Origin: Gemmatimonadales bacterium
GTDB lineage: Bacteria; Gemmatimonadota; Gemmatimonadetes; Gemmatimonadales; GWC2-71-9
Assembly: GCA_035763805.1 (NCBI GenBank)
Contig: DASUAL010000109.1
Location: 2,191-66,190, forward strand
Reading direction: 5' to 3'
Length of the DNA stretch: 64,000 nucleotides
The notes under the pieces were generated by a model. It saw only the letters and a program-made list of their open reading frames with translations, made no database searches and had not been told where the DNA came from. Shown piece by piece: positions 42,442-55,630 of this stretch. How positions within the stretch are numbered: the first letter of the stretch is position 1; each line of letters begins with the position of its first letter. A program made the translations under genes and the position numbers.

Positions 42442-43421
42442 GGCCGCGCGGCAGCGAGCGGCGAGGCCTGGACGGCGTCGGCGACCCGGAAGGCGAGTGC
42501 CAGAGCCTGAGCCCCGGCCGCGCCCGACACGACGACTTCTTCTTCTCCCCGCACGGCGCGGAGGAAGCTCTCGAGCTCCAGCTTGAGCGGCTCCGCCTCT
42601 GGCGCCTCCAGCCGCACGTGCGCGACGATCTGTTCGAGCTTCGTGGCGCCGAGACCCTGCCAGCCGGGCTTCAGCCGGTAGTAGTCGCCCGTCCCCTGCG
42701 CGAGGTCGAGGGAGAAATAGCCGGTGGGCTGGAAGACGCGCAGCTTGCGGGTCCGCTCGCGCGACACGCGGCTCGCCGTGACGTTCGCGATGGCGCCGTT
42801 GGCGAACTCGATACGAGCGTTCGCGATGTCGACGTGCGGGGTGAGGATCGGCACGCCGGTCGCTCGGACGTCCGCGACCTCGGAGCGCACCAGCTCGAGC
42901 ACGAGGTCGAGGTCGTGGATCATGAGGTCGAGGATCACGGCCACGTCGGTGCCGCGTGGCTGAAACGGCGCTAGACGGTCGATCTGCAGAAAGCGAGGCT
43001 CATCGAGGTAGGGCGCCGCAGCCCGCACCGCTCGGTTGAACCGCTCTACGTGTCCTACCTGGAGCACGACACCCTGTTCCGCGGCGGCGCCCACCAGCTG
43101 CTCGGCGCCGGCCATGGTGTCGGCGAGCGGCTTTTCGATCAAGGCGTGGAGCCCGCGCGGCAGCACCGCGAGCCCGACCTCCGCGTGCGCCGGCGTCGGG
43201 ACCACGACCGACACGGCCTCCACGCGCTCGAGCAGTGCATCGAGCGACGGATGGGCGGCGGTCTCGAGCTGCTCCGCCACCTCCGCCGCGCGCGCGGGGT
43301 TCTTGTCGTAGATACCGGCGAACTCCACGCCCGGCATGCGCCGCAGCAGGCGGGCGTGGTGGAAGCCGAGGGCTCCGGTGCCGATGACTCCCACCCGCAC
43401 CGGTCTTTCCGGATCGCTCAC
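42438..43421 (-). CDS. Gfo/Idh/MocA-family NAD(P)-dependent oxidoreductase
   Basis: GTG 43421 overlaps the lpxA TGA. Rossmann N-terminus VRVGVIGTGALGFHHARLL. Track start 43919 is over-extended. Confidence 0.8.
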   Translation of the reverse strand: MSDPERPVRVGVIGTGALGFHHARLLRRMPGVEFAGIYDKNPARAAEVAEQLETAAHPSLDALLERVEAVSVVVPTPAHAEVGLAVLPRGLHALIEKPLADTMAGAEQLVGAAAEQGVVLQVGHVERFNRAVRAAAPYLDEPRFLQIDRLAPFQPRGTDVAVILDLMIHDLDLVLELVRSEVADVRATGVPILTPHVDIANARIEFANGAIANVTASRVSRERTRKLRVFQPTGYFSLDLAQGTGDYYRLKPGWQGLGATKLEQIVAHVRLEAPEAEPLKLELESFLRAVRGEEEVVVSGAAGAQALALAFRVADAVQASPLAAARP

Positions 43422-44185
43422 ACCAGCACCCCGCGCTGGGACCCCTCGATGAACTTGAGGAAGTTCTCCACCTCGGAGGTGTGCGGGAGCTCTGTCCGCG
43501 CTTTCGCGATCCCCTGGCTCACGGTCATGTCCGAATTGAAGAGCAGGCGGTAGGCCCGTTTGAGCGCCAGCTTGACCTCCGGCGAGAAGCCCGCGCGCTG
43601 CAGGCCCACGGAGTTCAGGCCGTACAGGTGCACCGGGTTTCCGACCGCCTTGGTGTAGGGCGGGACGTCCTGGTTCACGCGGGATCCACCGCCCACGAAC
43701 GCGAACGTGCCGATCCGCACGAACTGATGAATCGGCACCAACCCCGAGATGACGGCCCGGTCCTCGATCGTCACGTGGCCGGCCATCTGGACCGCGTTGG
43801 CGATGATGACGTCGTTCCCGATGACGCAGTCGTGGGCGACGTGCACGTACGACATCAGGAAGCAGCGCTGCCCGACCGACGTCTTCCCCGTCGCCGTCGT
43901 GCCGCGGTTGACCGTGCAATACTCGCGGATCACGGTCCCGTCGCCGACCTCGACCCAGGTGTCCTCGCCCCGGTACTTCAGGTCCTGCGGGTCGTTGCCG
44001 ATCACGGTCCCGTAGCCGACCTTCACGCCCTGGCCCAGCTTGACGTTGCGCTCGAGCACCGCATGTGCCGCGATCTGGCAGCGGTCGCCGACGGTGACCC
44101 GCGGTCCGATGATCGCGTACGGCCCCACGCTCGCGTCGAGCGCCAGGTGCGCCGTGGGATCGACGAGCGCGGTCCGATGGATCAC
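43418..44185 (-). CDS. lpxA: Acyl-ACP--UDP-N-acetylglucosamine O-acyltransferase
   Basis: [15 protein letters not shown]-terminus, hexapeptide-repeat beta-helix and C-terminal helical domain. Confidence 0.92.
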   Translation of the reverse strand: MIHRTALVDPTAHLALDASVGPYAIIGPRVTVGDRCQIAAHAVLERNVKLGQGVKVGYGTVIGNDPQDLKYRGEDTWVEVGDGTVIREYCTVNRGTTATGKTSVGQRCFLMSYVHVAHDCVIGNDVIIANAVQMAGHVTIEDRAVISGLVPIHQFVRIGTFAFVGGGSRVNQDVPPYTKAVGNPVHLYGLNSVGLQRAGFSPEVKLALKRAYRLLFNSDMTVSQGIAKARTELPHTSEVENFLKFIEGSQRGVLV

Positions 44186-45471
44186 CGGTCCACCACGGTC
44201 GCCATCATCTCCGCCTCGGCTACGATCTGCCCGTCCACGTAGCCGACCCCCTTCATCTTGCAGGTCTTGCCGCGGAACTGAACCATCTCGAGCTCGAAGC
44301 GGATCTGGTCCCCGGGCACCACCGGGCGCCGGAACTTGACGTTGTCGAGCGACATGAAGTAGACGACCTTGTCTTCCACGTTCTGCCCCTCGAAGAAGCT
44401 CATCAGGAGCATCCCGCCGACCTGGGCCATCGCCTCGATGATCAGCACGCCCGGCATGATCGGATGACCCGGGAAGTGGCCCTGGAAGAATGGCTCGTTG
44501 ATGGTGACGTTCTTGATCCCCACGATCCGCTGCTGCCCCTCCACCTCGATGATCCGGTCCACCAGCAGGAACGGGTAGCGGTGCGGCAGCACGTCCATGA
44601 TGCGGGCGATGTCCATCCGGGGCGTCCCCATGTGCTTGGCCGCGCGGGACAAGGCGTGGGCGAGCGCGACGTTGCCCCCGTGGCTGGGCCGCGTCGCGAC
44701 GACATGGGCGCGGATCCGGGCGCCCGTGAGCGCCAGGTCACCGATGATGTCGGCGGCCTTGTGGCGCACAAACTCATCCGGCCAGCGCAGTTTGCCGCCG
44801 TTCGCCAGGCCGCGGTCGTCGAGCAGGATGGCACTGGCCGCGGACGCGCCCTTGATCAGGCCCTTCGCCTTGAGTGCCTCCACCTCGCTCGCGAACCCGA
44901 ACGTGCGGGCGGGGGCGAGCTCCCGTGCGAACACCTCCGGAGTCACGGTATAGCTCCCGGACTGCCGTCCGATCAAGGGATGCGGCCACTCGATCGTCAC
45001 CGTCAGCCGGAATTCCTTCGCGGGCGCCACGACGTAGCTCGAGTCGCCCTCGGTGACGGTGAATGGGGCCTGCACGGTGAGCACGACGGGCTCCCCGCCG
45101 ACGTCGACGGGCTCCGCGCGCTGGAGGGCCTCGAAGTAGGCCTGAAAGCTGCCGTCGAGGATCGGCGGCTCCGGGCCCGTGAGCTCGACCGTCACGTCGT
45201 CGATCTCGTAAGCCGCGATCGCCGCGAGCACGTGCTCCACGGTGTGGATGGTGCTCTTGCCTTTGCCGATCGCCGTACGGCGCTCGACCGCCTCGACCTC
45301 CGTCAGCCGGGCGGGGATCTCGGGCGTCCCGGCGAGATCCATGCGCCGGAACACTATCCCCTGGCCTGCGGGCGCAGGGAGGAAGCTCGCCCGGGTCTCG
45401 GCGCCGGTGTGAAGCCCCGTGCCCGACACCGACGCCTGCTTCCGGATGGAGCGCCTAGGGATGGGACTCAT
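44182..45471 (-). CDS. lpxC/fabZ: Bifunctional UDP-3-O-acyl-GlcNAc deacetylase / 3-hydroxyacyl-ACP dehydratase (LpxC-FabZ fusion)
   Basis: ATG 45471. N-terminal LpxC ([10 protein letters not shown]..., [11 protein letters not shown]) fused to a C-terminal FabZ hot-dog ([29 protein letters not shown]). Confidence 0.9.
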   Translation of the reverse strand: MSPIPRRSIRKQASVSGTGLHTGAETRASFLPAPAGQGIVFRRMDLAGTPEIPARLTEVEAVERRTAIGKGKSTIHTVEHVLAAIAAYEIDDVTVELTGPEPPILDGSFQAYFEALQRAEPVDVGGEPVVLTVQAPFTVTEGDSSYVVAPAKEFRLTVTIEWPHPLIGRQSGSYTVTPEVFARELAPARTFGFASEVEALKAKGLIKGASAASAILLDDRGLANGGKLRWPDEFVRHKAADIIGDLALTGARIRAHVVATRPSHGGNVALAHALSRAAKHMGTPRMDIARIMDVLPHRYPFLLVDRIIEVEGQQRIVGIKNVTINEPFFQGHFPGHPIMPGVLIIEAMAQVGGMLLMSFFEGQNVEDKVVYFMSLDNVKFRRPVVPGDQIRFELEMVQFRGKTCKMKGVGYVDGQIVAEAEMMATVVDR

Positions 45472-46540
45472 CGTCCCGGCGCACCAGCGCCTCGAGGTCG
45501 TCCACGATCTTCGCCAGACGATACAGCGCCGCCTGCGCCCGGAAGAACTCGCGATGCTCCCGGCCGGGGAACCCGGTGATCGTGGCGCCGGGCGCAATGT
45601 CCCCGATCACGCCCCCCTGCACCGTCACTCGCGTGCCGCGGCCGATCGTCACGTGGTCGGCGACGCCGGCCTGGCCGGCCAGGAACACGTCGTCCTCGAC
45701 GTGGGTGCTCCCGGCGATCCCGGCCTGCCCCGCGATGATGCAGCGGGCCCCGATGCGGCAGTTGTGCCCGATCTGCACGAGGTTGTCGATCTTCGTCCCC
45801 CGACCGATGATGGTGTCGTCCACGCTGCCGCGGTCGATGGTGGTGTTGGCGCCGATCTCCACGTCGTCCCCGATGATGCAGCGCCCGACTTGCGGGATCT
45901 TGCGCGGGAGCTCGCCGCTCCCGCCGGGGACGTAGCCGAATCCGTCGCTCCCGAGCCGGGCGCCAGCGTGCAGAATGACCCGGTGCCCGATGATCGTGCC
46001 GCTGTAGCACACGACGTGGGGATAAAGCTGGACGTCATCGCCCAGCTCGACGCCGTCTCCCAGCACGCAACCGGCTCCGACGCGAGCGTTCCGGCCCAGC
46101 CTCACTCCCCGCCCGAGCACCGCGTACGGCCCGATGGCGACCGGCTCTTGCCACACCGTGCCCCGTCCGATCACCGCCGTGCGGTGCACGCCCGGCTCCC
46201 ACGCCGGCTCAGGGTAGAGCACCGGGATCACGGCCAGGAGCGCGATGTGGGGATCGCGCACCAGCACGCGGCACGCCGGCCCTCCGGACTCGCTCTGTAC
46301 GAGATCCGACCGACAGAGCACGACGGCCGCTCTAGACCGTTGAAAATACGGAAGATAGCGCTTGCTGGCAAGAAAGGAGAGGTCGCCCGGGCCGGCGCGG
46401 TCGAGCGGCGCGACGCGCGAGACCGTCACGTCCGCGCTCCCCACCAGCTCCCCGTTCGTCAGCGCGGCGATTTGCCCGGCGCTGAGGCGGCGGGCAGCCT
46501 CCCCGCTGCCTCCGCCCCCGGCCTCGCTCCCGACGCTCAC
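45455..46540 (-). CDS. lpxD: UDP-3-O-acylglucosamine N-acyltransferase
   Basis: Long hexapeptide-repeat region, N-terminal uridine-binding-like domain, and position upstream of lpxC/fabZ-lpxA. Confidence 0.88.
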   Translation of the reverse strand: MSVGSEAGGGGSGEAARRLSAGQIAALTNGELVGSADVTVSRVAPLDRAGPGDLSFLASKRYLPYFQRSRAAVVLCRSDLVQSESGGPACRVLVRDPHIALLAVIPVLYPEPAWEPGVHRTAVIGRGTVWQEPVAIGPYAVLGRGVRLGRNARVGAGCVLGDGVELGDDVQLYPHVVCYSGTIIGHRVILHAGARLGSDGFGYVPGGSGELPRKIPQVGRCIIGDDVEIGANTTIDRGSVDDTIIGRGTKIDNLVQIGHNCRIGARCIIAGQAGIAGSTHVEDDVFLAGQAGVADHVTIGRGTRVTVQGGVIGDIAPGATITGFPGREHREFFRAQAALYRLAKIVDDLEALVRRDDESHP

Positions 46541-46552
46541 GGGACCGGTCCG

Positions 46553-47089
46553 CTACTGCGCCTGCTTCAGCCGGTCGAGCACCTTGGTCGTGATGTCGAG
46601 GGCCGGGTCGGCTGCCACGATGTTGTTGCCGGGCGCGTCGGCGTCGAAGATGACCGCGTAGTTGCCTTCGGCGCGCAGCCCTTGGATCACGGCGTTCACG
46701 CGCGCCTGGATCGGCTGCAGCAGCTCCTGCTCGCGCTGCTGCGCTCGGCCCTGGAGCTCGCTGGAGCGCTGTTCGAAGCGCTGTTGCAGCTGCTGCAGCT
46801 CACGCTGCTTCGCCTGCTTGGCGGCTGGCGAGAGGGCGATCGACTGCTGGTCGAACGCGCGGACGGCCGAGTCGAGCTGCTGCTGCAGCTTCTGCACCTC
46901 GTCGCGGAACCCCTGCACCTCGCGACTGAAGGTTGATTCCGCCGCCGCATAACCGGGGGTCTTTTGCAGGATCTGTCGGGAGCTGATGAACCCGATCTTG
47001 AGCGAGGGCTGGGCGGCCTGGCCCCAGATCGCCGCAGGCGCTAGGCCCGCGAGGCCGAGCAACGCCCATACTGTCACTGCACGTCGCAT
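46553..47089 (-). CDS. skp: OmpH/Skp-family periplasmic chaperone
   Basis: Signal peptide, Q/E/R-rich coiled coil, and position between bamA and lpxD. Confidence 0.85.
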   Translation of the reverse strand: MRRAVTVWALLGLAGLAPAAIWGQAAQPSLKIGFISSRQILQKTPGYAAAESTFSREVQGFRDEVQKLQQQLDSAVRAFDQQSIALSPAAKQAKQRELQQLQQRFEQRSSELQGRAQQREQELLQPIQARVNAVIQGLRAEGNYAVIFDADAPGNNIVAADPALDITTKVLDRLKQAQ

Positions 47090-47120
47090 AACACATCTCC
47101 CCGAGAGGTACCGGTATGGA

Positions 47121-47146
47121 CGGCCCCGCGGTGGCCGCGGGAGCCG
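47121..47146 (-). other. GC-rich stem-loop in the bamA-skp spacer
   Basis: CCCGCGG-TGG-CCGCGGG forms a perfect 7-bp stem (47125-47131 / 47135-47141), extendable by flanking GC pairs. No U-tract follows. Confidence 0.5.
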
Positions 47147-47149
47147 GGA

Positions 47150-49539
47150 TCAGAAGAAATTGCCGAGCTTGAAGTGCAGCTTCCAGCCGGGCGCCGGCCG
47201 ACCGCTCAGGTCGGTGCGGTCGAAGCCGTACGCCCAGTCGATGCCGATCGGCCCGAGAGGCGAGATCAGGCTGAGCCCCACCCCCGCGCCTCGGAACAGG
47301 CGCGTGGGGTTGAACTGACCCGCTCGCGCCCAGACGTTGCCCGCATCGTAGAACGCGCTGACGTAGAACATCTGCGACAGCCGGACCCCGACCTCGCCAG
47401 TCATCAGGAAATACGACTTGCCGAAGGCGCTGGCGCGCGCCGACCCGACGCGCGCCGTGGCGTCGAACCCGTTCGGCGTAACGGAGAACTCGTCGTAGCC
47501 GCGGAGCGGGATGCCGTACTGCGTGCCGCCCATGGTGAACAGCTGGTCGATGAACGGCGCCGTGCCGAACACGAACCCCGAGCGGGTGGAGAGGCCCATC
47601 ACGAAGCGCACGGGCGACGCGCTCGCGCGTCCCCCGAGCTGCCCCAAGGGCGCGTACCAGCGGCCCTCGAGATCGAGACGCTGGAAGTTGCCGGATCCGC
47701 CCAGCGGCCCGCCGCTCTGCGACAGGCCCACCTGGTGCATCGTGCCGGCGGTCGCGAACGGCAAGTCGATGCGGGTATCGCGCAGGATGGAGACTCCGAA
47801 GGTCGAACGCACGCAGTTTGAGCAGCTCAGACTCGCGAGACTCTGGCTCGAGCCGGTGAAGGTCTGGTCGTCGATTCCATACGAGACGAACAACCGGGTG
47901 TAGCGGTCGTTGAACACCGGGAACCCGAGCTGCAGGCTCCCGCCGCGGCGTCGCAGCTGCCCGAGGTCTTGAATCGTGTAGCGCAGTCGCGTGTTGTGCA
48001 CGTTCGCCGTCGCCGAGATGCGCGAGTCGCGCACGGCCGGGTCGGTGAAGGTGAGGTCGAAGTCGTTGATGTTCTTCCCGAACTGCCACTGGAACCGGCC
48101 CCGCTTCCCCTGCCCGAACAGGTTCGGCTCGTCGAGCCCGAGGAAACCGCCCAGGCCGGTCCCCTGCCCGAGCGAAGCGCCGAAATTGATGTTGCCGGTG
48201 CGCTTCTCGGTCACCCGGAAGACGACGTCCACGTCCCCCTGGTCGTTGGCGGGTCGGGTGTCGGGGAACGGCAGCGGCTGCTGAAAGAAGCCGAGGTTCG
48301 AGATGTTCTGATAGGAGCGGATCAGCGCGTCTTGGCGGAACACGTCACCCGGGAGCAGCACGATGGCTTCGCGGATCACCCGCTCGTGGGTCACGTCGTT
48401 CCCGGCGATCTCGACCTTGTTGACGATGGCCGGTACCCCCTCGTTGATCAGCCACCGCAAATCCACGACGGGCTTGCCATCCGCGCCGGCACGCCGCAGG
48501 ATGTCCGCCCGGACGTTCATGTAGATGTAGCCGTTGTTGTAGTAGATCGTGCGCAGCTGCTGCGTGGCGTCGTCCCACTTCTCCTGGTTGAACTCGACCG
48601 GGCCGCGCTGCACCCCACCCAGCCCGAACAGCCCGGAGCGTGACTCGGCCCGGAAGGGGAACAGCCGCTCCAGCTCCTCGGTGGAGAAGCGGCGGTTGCC
48701 CACCACCTCGAACGTGCCGACCCGGTGAGGCTCGCCCTCGCTGACGCGCACCACGAGTGTCGCCTTCCCCGTGGCGTCGTCCACGACCAGCGTGTCGCCG
48801 AGCACCTGGAAGTCGACGTAGCCCTTGTCGCCGTAGAACTTGGGCAGCCGCTCCTGGAGATCCTCGCGCAGCTTCTCGTCGTCGAAGTCGCCGGAGCGGA
48901 ACCACCAGAAGCCCTCCGGACGGGTCTTCAGCCGGCCGGCGAGTTGGGCGTCCGAGAAATGGGTGTTGCCCTCGACCTGGACCTGCGCGATCGCCACCCG
49001 CCGCCCTTCATCCACGTCGAAGATGACGCGCACCCGGGCGGAGTCGTCCTCGTGCACGTGTACGACCGTCACCTGGGCAAGGTAGTAGCCCTCGGCGCGG
49101 TACAGGGAGTCGATGCGCCCGCGCGCGCGCGCGACCGCCGCAGGGTCGAGCGGGCGACCCTCGAGGAGCTGCACCTTGTCGCGGACGCTCCCTTCGCCCA
49201 GCCGGCTCACGCCGCGCACCGCCCACTTGATGAGGATGGGCCGTTCGCGCACGCGGATGATCAGCAGCTGGCGGCCATCCGGCTCCGCCTGCTCCACCCG
49301 CACGTCGTCGTACTGCCCGGTGGCGTACAACGCCTGGATGGCGCGCTGCACGTCGCGGTACCCGACGGGCTTGCGGGCGCCGAGTCCGCTTTGATCGAGG
49401 ACCTGCTGGCGCTCGACGCGGCGGTTCCCGAGCACGACCACGGAGTCGGGTGCGACGGCGGCCGGCTCGCCCTGCGCGCGCGCGGCGCGCGGGACAAGCA
49501 CCGCCGAACTCACTATGATGAAGAGGGAAAGCTTGCGGA

Positions 49540-49543
<4 letters not shown>
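47150..49543 (-). CDS. bamA: Outer membrane protein assembly factor BamA
   Basis: 797 aa. Signal peptide MIRKLSLFIIVSSAVLVPRAARAQ, POTRA repeats, and a C-terminal beta-barrel ending KLGNFF. The GTG start overlaps the clpC TGA. Confidence 0.93.
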
Positions 49544-52020
<2,477 letters not shown>

Positions 52021-52033
52021 CTCCCCCCCTGCC

Positions 52034-53107
52034 TCACGCCGCTTCCGTCTCGAGCACCCGGCGCACATAGGTGGCGCGCACTGAGGGCAGCTCTGGATCG
52101 CCGCTGGGACGTCCTTCGAGTGCCGCGAGGTGCGCGGGCTGGGTGAAGATCAGCAGCTTGTTCAACGTGTATACACTCAAGCCGGTGATCAGATTCAGCC
52201 CGACCCCCAGCCGCACCCCGCTCAGCAGGTTCATCGTTTCTTCGAAGGTCAGGCTACGCGCGTACTTGAGCAGGCCGTACGCCCGCCAGACCTTGTCGGC
52301 GATGATGGTGGGCGCGTCCCGCACGAGCACGTCGCGGGCTTGCTCCTCGTATTCGATCACCTGGCGGACGATCTTGCCGAGGTGATCCAGCAGCTCCTCT
52401 TCGGACTTGCCCAGCGTCGTCTGATTGGATAACTGAAAGAAGTTCCCGACGACCTCGCTGCCTTCCCCATACAAACCCCGGAAGGTCAGCCCTACCTGAG
52501 CCAGCCCTTGAAGTACCTTCCCGATCTCCTTGGTCAAAACGAGGCCCGGCAAGTGGATAAGCACACTCGCGCGAAGCCCCGTTCCGGCGTTGGTCGGGCA
52601 GGAGGTAAGATAGCCAAATTCCGGATGGAATGCGAACGGCAGCAGGTGCCCCAAATCGCCATCTATCGTTTCCACTTCGGCATACGCCTCCTCGAGTGCG
52701 AATCCCGACCGCATTCCATGCAATCGCAGGTGATCTTCCTCGTTCACCATCACCCCGACCGGGCCCTGGATCAGCAGGGCGGCACCAGGCCGTGGCCGGC
52801 CCTCGCGCTCCAGCCCAGCCAGTTCCTTGCTCACAAGGTGGCGCTCGTGCAGCAGTTGCCGCTCCATCCGCTCCAGCTCGTCGAGCCGGAACGTCACCGC
52901 CGTCGCCATCCGGTCGCTCGCCGAGCTCGCTTCCGCCACGCGCGTCAGCACAGTGGTACGGTCCGCGTCCCGGGCGCGCTGGCCGAACACATAGCCCTCG
53001 AGGTTGCGCGCCAAGCGTACGCGCGTGGAAAGGACGATGCTCCCCTTCGGCCCGGAGGCGTCGAGCCAGCCGATCCCGCCGTCGGGAAGCAACGACAGGT
53101 CGATCAT
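52034..53107 (-). CDS. mcsB: Protein arginine kinase McsB
   Basis: ATP:guanido phosphotransferase fold. IVLSTRVRLARNLEGYVF and CPTNAGTGLRASV motifs. Confidence 0.88.
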   Translation of the reverse strand: MIDLSLLPDGGIGWLDASGPKGSIVLSTRVRLARNLEGYVFGQRARDADRTTVLTRVAEASSASDRMATAVTFRLDELERMERQLLHERHLVSKELAGLEREGRPRPGAALLIQGPVGVMVNEEDHLRLHGMRSGFALEEAYAEVETIDGDLGHLLPFAFHPEFGYLTSCPTNAGTGLRASVLIHLPGLVLTKEIGKVLQGLAQVGLTFRGLYGEGSEVVGNFFQLSNQTTLGKSEEELLDHLGKIVRQVIEYEEQARDVLVRDAPTIIADKVWRAYGLLKYARSLTFEETMNLLSGVRLGVGLNLITGLSVYTLNKLLIFTQPAHLAALEGRPSGDPELPSVRATYVRRVLETEAA

Positions 53108-53604
53108 TCGAGCACCCTAATGCGATCGCGCAGCTCGGCGGCGAGCTCGAAGTTTTCGTTGTCGACGGCGCGACGCAGCTGCTCCTTCAATTCAAGCAGC
53201 TGCAGCCGAGGGTCGGCCGACCCGTCCGCCCCCGGCGCGCGGTAGCGTTCGCCGACGTGCTGGCTCGAGCCGTGCAGGCGTCGCAGCAGGTCCCGCAGGT
53301 GGCCGTCGAACGACTGGTAGCACTGGGCGCATCCGAGCCGCCCGGATTCGCGAAAGTCCTTGAGCGTGCTGCCACAGGCAGCGCAGCGCAGGCCGTCGGC
53401 GGGGGTGGGGAGCACATTCCCGCCCCCCTTCCCCATCGCCTGAATGAAGCCGCCGAGCGGCGACTTGAGGATCGAGTCGCCCGTCTCGAAGCCCTTCTGC
53501 TGAGCGCATTGCTTGCACAGGTGGAGTGTCACCTTGGTGTCGTTCTCCACCTTTGTGAGGTGAATCTCCACCTCGCGCTCCTTGCAGTTGTCGCACAGCA
53601 TCAT
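53104..53604 (-). CDS. mcsA: McsA-like activator (zinc fingers plus UVR motif)
   Basis: Two CxxC...CxxC zinc-finger pairs (CDNC..CKQC; CAAC..CAQC) and C-terminal [20 protein letters not shown]. Confidence 0.85.
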   Translation of the reverse strand: MMLCDNCKEREVEIHLTKVENDTKVTLHLCKQCAQQKGFETGDSILKSPLGGFIQAMGKGGGNVLPTPADGLRCAACGSTLKDFRESGRLGCAQCYQSFDGHLRDLLRRLHGSSQHVGERYRAPGADGSADPRLQLLELKEQLRRAVDNENFELAAELRDRIRVLE

Positions 53605-54302
53605 GGTATCGCGTCCACCGAGCTCACGGCGGTGAGCCTGCCGTCCTCTAACAGCAAGATTCGGTCCGCGCGGCCGGCCAGCTGCCGGTTGTGCGTCACG
53701 ACTACGACCGCCGTCTCGTACTCGCGCGCCAGCCGAAACAGGACCTCGTGCAGGCGGTCTGCGTTGGCGTGATCGAGGTTGCCCGAGGGCTCATCAGCGA
53801 GCACGAGGCTCGGGTCGTGAACCAGCGCTCGGGCCACGGCGCAACGCTGCTGCTCCCCGCCGGATAGCTCCGCTGGACGGTGCGACATCCGCCCTGCGAG
53901 CCCCACGAGCGAGAGGACCTCCTCGGCCCGCGACCGCGCCCTGCGCGGCGCCATGCCCCCGATCAAGAGGGGCATCATCACATTCTCCAAAGCGGAGAAC
54001 TCGCGCAAGAGATGGTGAAACTGAAAGACGAAGCCCAATCGGCGATTCCGCAGCTCGGCCAACCCGGTGGCGTCCAAGTCGGCGTAGCGGGACCCCTCGA
54101 GCCAGACATCCCCGCCCGTGGGCCGGTCCAGAGCGCCGAGCAAGTGCAGCAGGGTGCTCTTCCCTGCCCCCGACGCGCCCACGATGGCGACGAATTCCCC
54201 GCGGTGTACCTCCAGTTCCACGCCGCGCAGCACCTCGAGCGGCTGGCCGTCGCCACCGGCGTACACCTTGCGGACTCCCCGGGCCACCAGCAGCGCGGTC
54301 AT
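53601..54302 (-). CDS. lolD: Lipoprotein-releasing system ATP-binding protein (LolD-type ABC ATPase)
   Basis: Walker [10 protein letters not shown], signature LSGGEQQR, Walker B LVLADEP. Paired with a LolC/E-type permease. Confidence 0.8.
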   Translation of the reverse strand: MTALLVARGVRKVYAGGDGQPLEVLRGVELEVHRGEFVAIVGASGAGKSTLLHLLGALDRPTGGDVWLEGSRYADLDATGLAELRNRRLGFVFQFHHLLREFSALENVMMPLLIGGMAPRRARSRAEEVLSLVGLAGRMSHRPAELSGGEQQRCAVARALVHDPSLVLADEPSGNLDHANADRLHEVLFRLAREYETAVVVVTHNRQLAGRADRILLLEDGRLTAVSSVDAIP

Positions 54303-55630
54303 TCGTAGCGAATGGCCGTGACGGGGTCGAGCCGTGCCGCCTGGTTCGACGGGTACAGCGGGGCGAGCGTCGCGACGAGCAGGCTCGCCGCAATCACGAC
54401 CAGCACGTCCGTCGGCTGTGTGTGCACTGGCAGGTGGTCGATGAAGTAGATCGACGGGTCGATCGGGATCCAGTGACCCCGGTTCACCATCCCGCCGAAC
54501 ACGAGCCCGAGGACGAGACCGAGCACCGTCCCGGTGAGCCCGATCAGAACGCCCTGGGCGAGGAAGATGCGCCGGATCGAGGCCTGCTTGAGCCCCATCG
54601 CCAGGAGGATCCCGATCTCCCGCGTCTTGTCGTGCACGACCATTGTCAGCGTACCCACGACGTTGAACGCGGCGACCACGCAGATCAGGAACACCACGAG
54701 AGCCATCGCCAGTTTCTCGAGCTTCAGTGCCGAGAACAGCGACTGGTTCTGGCTCTGCCAGTCCAGCGCCCGATAGGGGTAGCCGAGGTGCGCCTCAAGC
54801 TGCGTGCCGATCGCCTGCGCGTGCCAGGGGTCGGCGAGGCGGACCTCGACGCCCGTGACCGCGGTGTCGAGTCCCGCGAAGCGTTGGGCGACGCGGCGGT
54901 CGAGGGCGACATAGCTGTTGTCGTACTCGTACATCCCGGTGTCGAAAATCCCGGTGACCTCGTAGCGGTGGAACTGCGGGATGAACGCGCCGATGCTCGG
55001 ATTGAAGCGTGCACCCGCGGGCGCGACCAGCGTCACGACGTCACCCGGGAACGCGGAGAGCTTCGAAGCGAGCCGCGTGCCGAGCGCGATTCCGCCTTCC
55101 ACGCCTGGACGGCTGGTCCGGAAGCGCAGATCGCCCTTGGTGAAGTGCTGCGCGAAGCTGGTCACTGCTCGGCTGCCGGTGTCGGCCTCCACCCCTAGCA
55201 CCACGACACCCTCGGCGTAGTCGTGCCCCGCCGAGATGAGCCCCTGCGTGAGCACGAAGGGCGCGGCGGCCTCGACCCCCGGGGCGCGGCGCACCTGCGC
55301 CAGCACCCGACGCCAGTCGTCGAGCCGCAGCCCCTCGCCGTAGGTGAGCACGCGCAAGTGGGGGTTCGCCACGAGTATCTTGTCCCGGAGATCCGCCTGC
55401 AGGCCATTCATCACACCCAGCACCACGACGAGCGCCATGACGCCGACGGTCACCCCGCCGACGGCGATCACCGTGATGAGGGACAGCAGCCGCGAGGAGC
55501 GGCGGCTGCGCAGGTAGCGCAGCGCCACGTGCCCTTCGAGCCGCGACGGCCAGTTGGCCCGGATGAACACCGTCACGACGCCGACCAGCACGACGACGAG
55601 CGCGATCGGGGCCGCCTCGCGGAGGCTCAT
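54299..55630 (-). CDS. lolC: LolC/LolE-family (MacB-FtsX) lipoprotein-releasing permease
   Basis: 443 aa. N-terminal TM, large periplasmic domain, C-terminal FtsX-type 3-TM bundle. Confidence 0.8.
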   Translation of the reverse strand: MSLREAAPIALVVVLVGVVTVFIRANWPSRLEGHVALRYLRSRRSSRLLSLITVIAVGGVTVGVMALVVVLGVMNGLQADLRDKILVANPHLRVLTYGEGLRLDDWRRVLAQVRRAPGVEAAAPFVLTQGLISAGHDYAEGVVVLGVEADTGSRAVTSFAQHFTKGDLRFRTSRPGVEGGIALGTRLASKLSAFPGDVVTLVAPAGARFNPSIGAFIPQFHRYEVTGIFDTGMYEYDNSYVALDRRVAQRFAGLDTAVTGVEVRLADPWHAQAIGTQLEAHLGYPYRALDWQSQNQSLFSALKLEKLAMALVVFLICVVAAFNVVGTLTMVVHDKTREIGILLAMGLKQASIRRIFLAQGVLIGLTGTVLGLVLGLVFGGMVNRGHWIPIDPSIYFIDHLPVHTQPTDVLVVIAASLLVATLAPLYPSNQAARLDPVTAIRYE

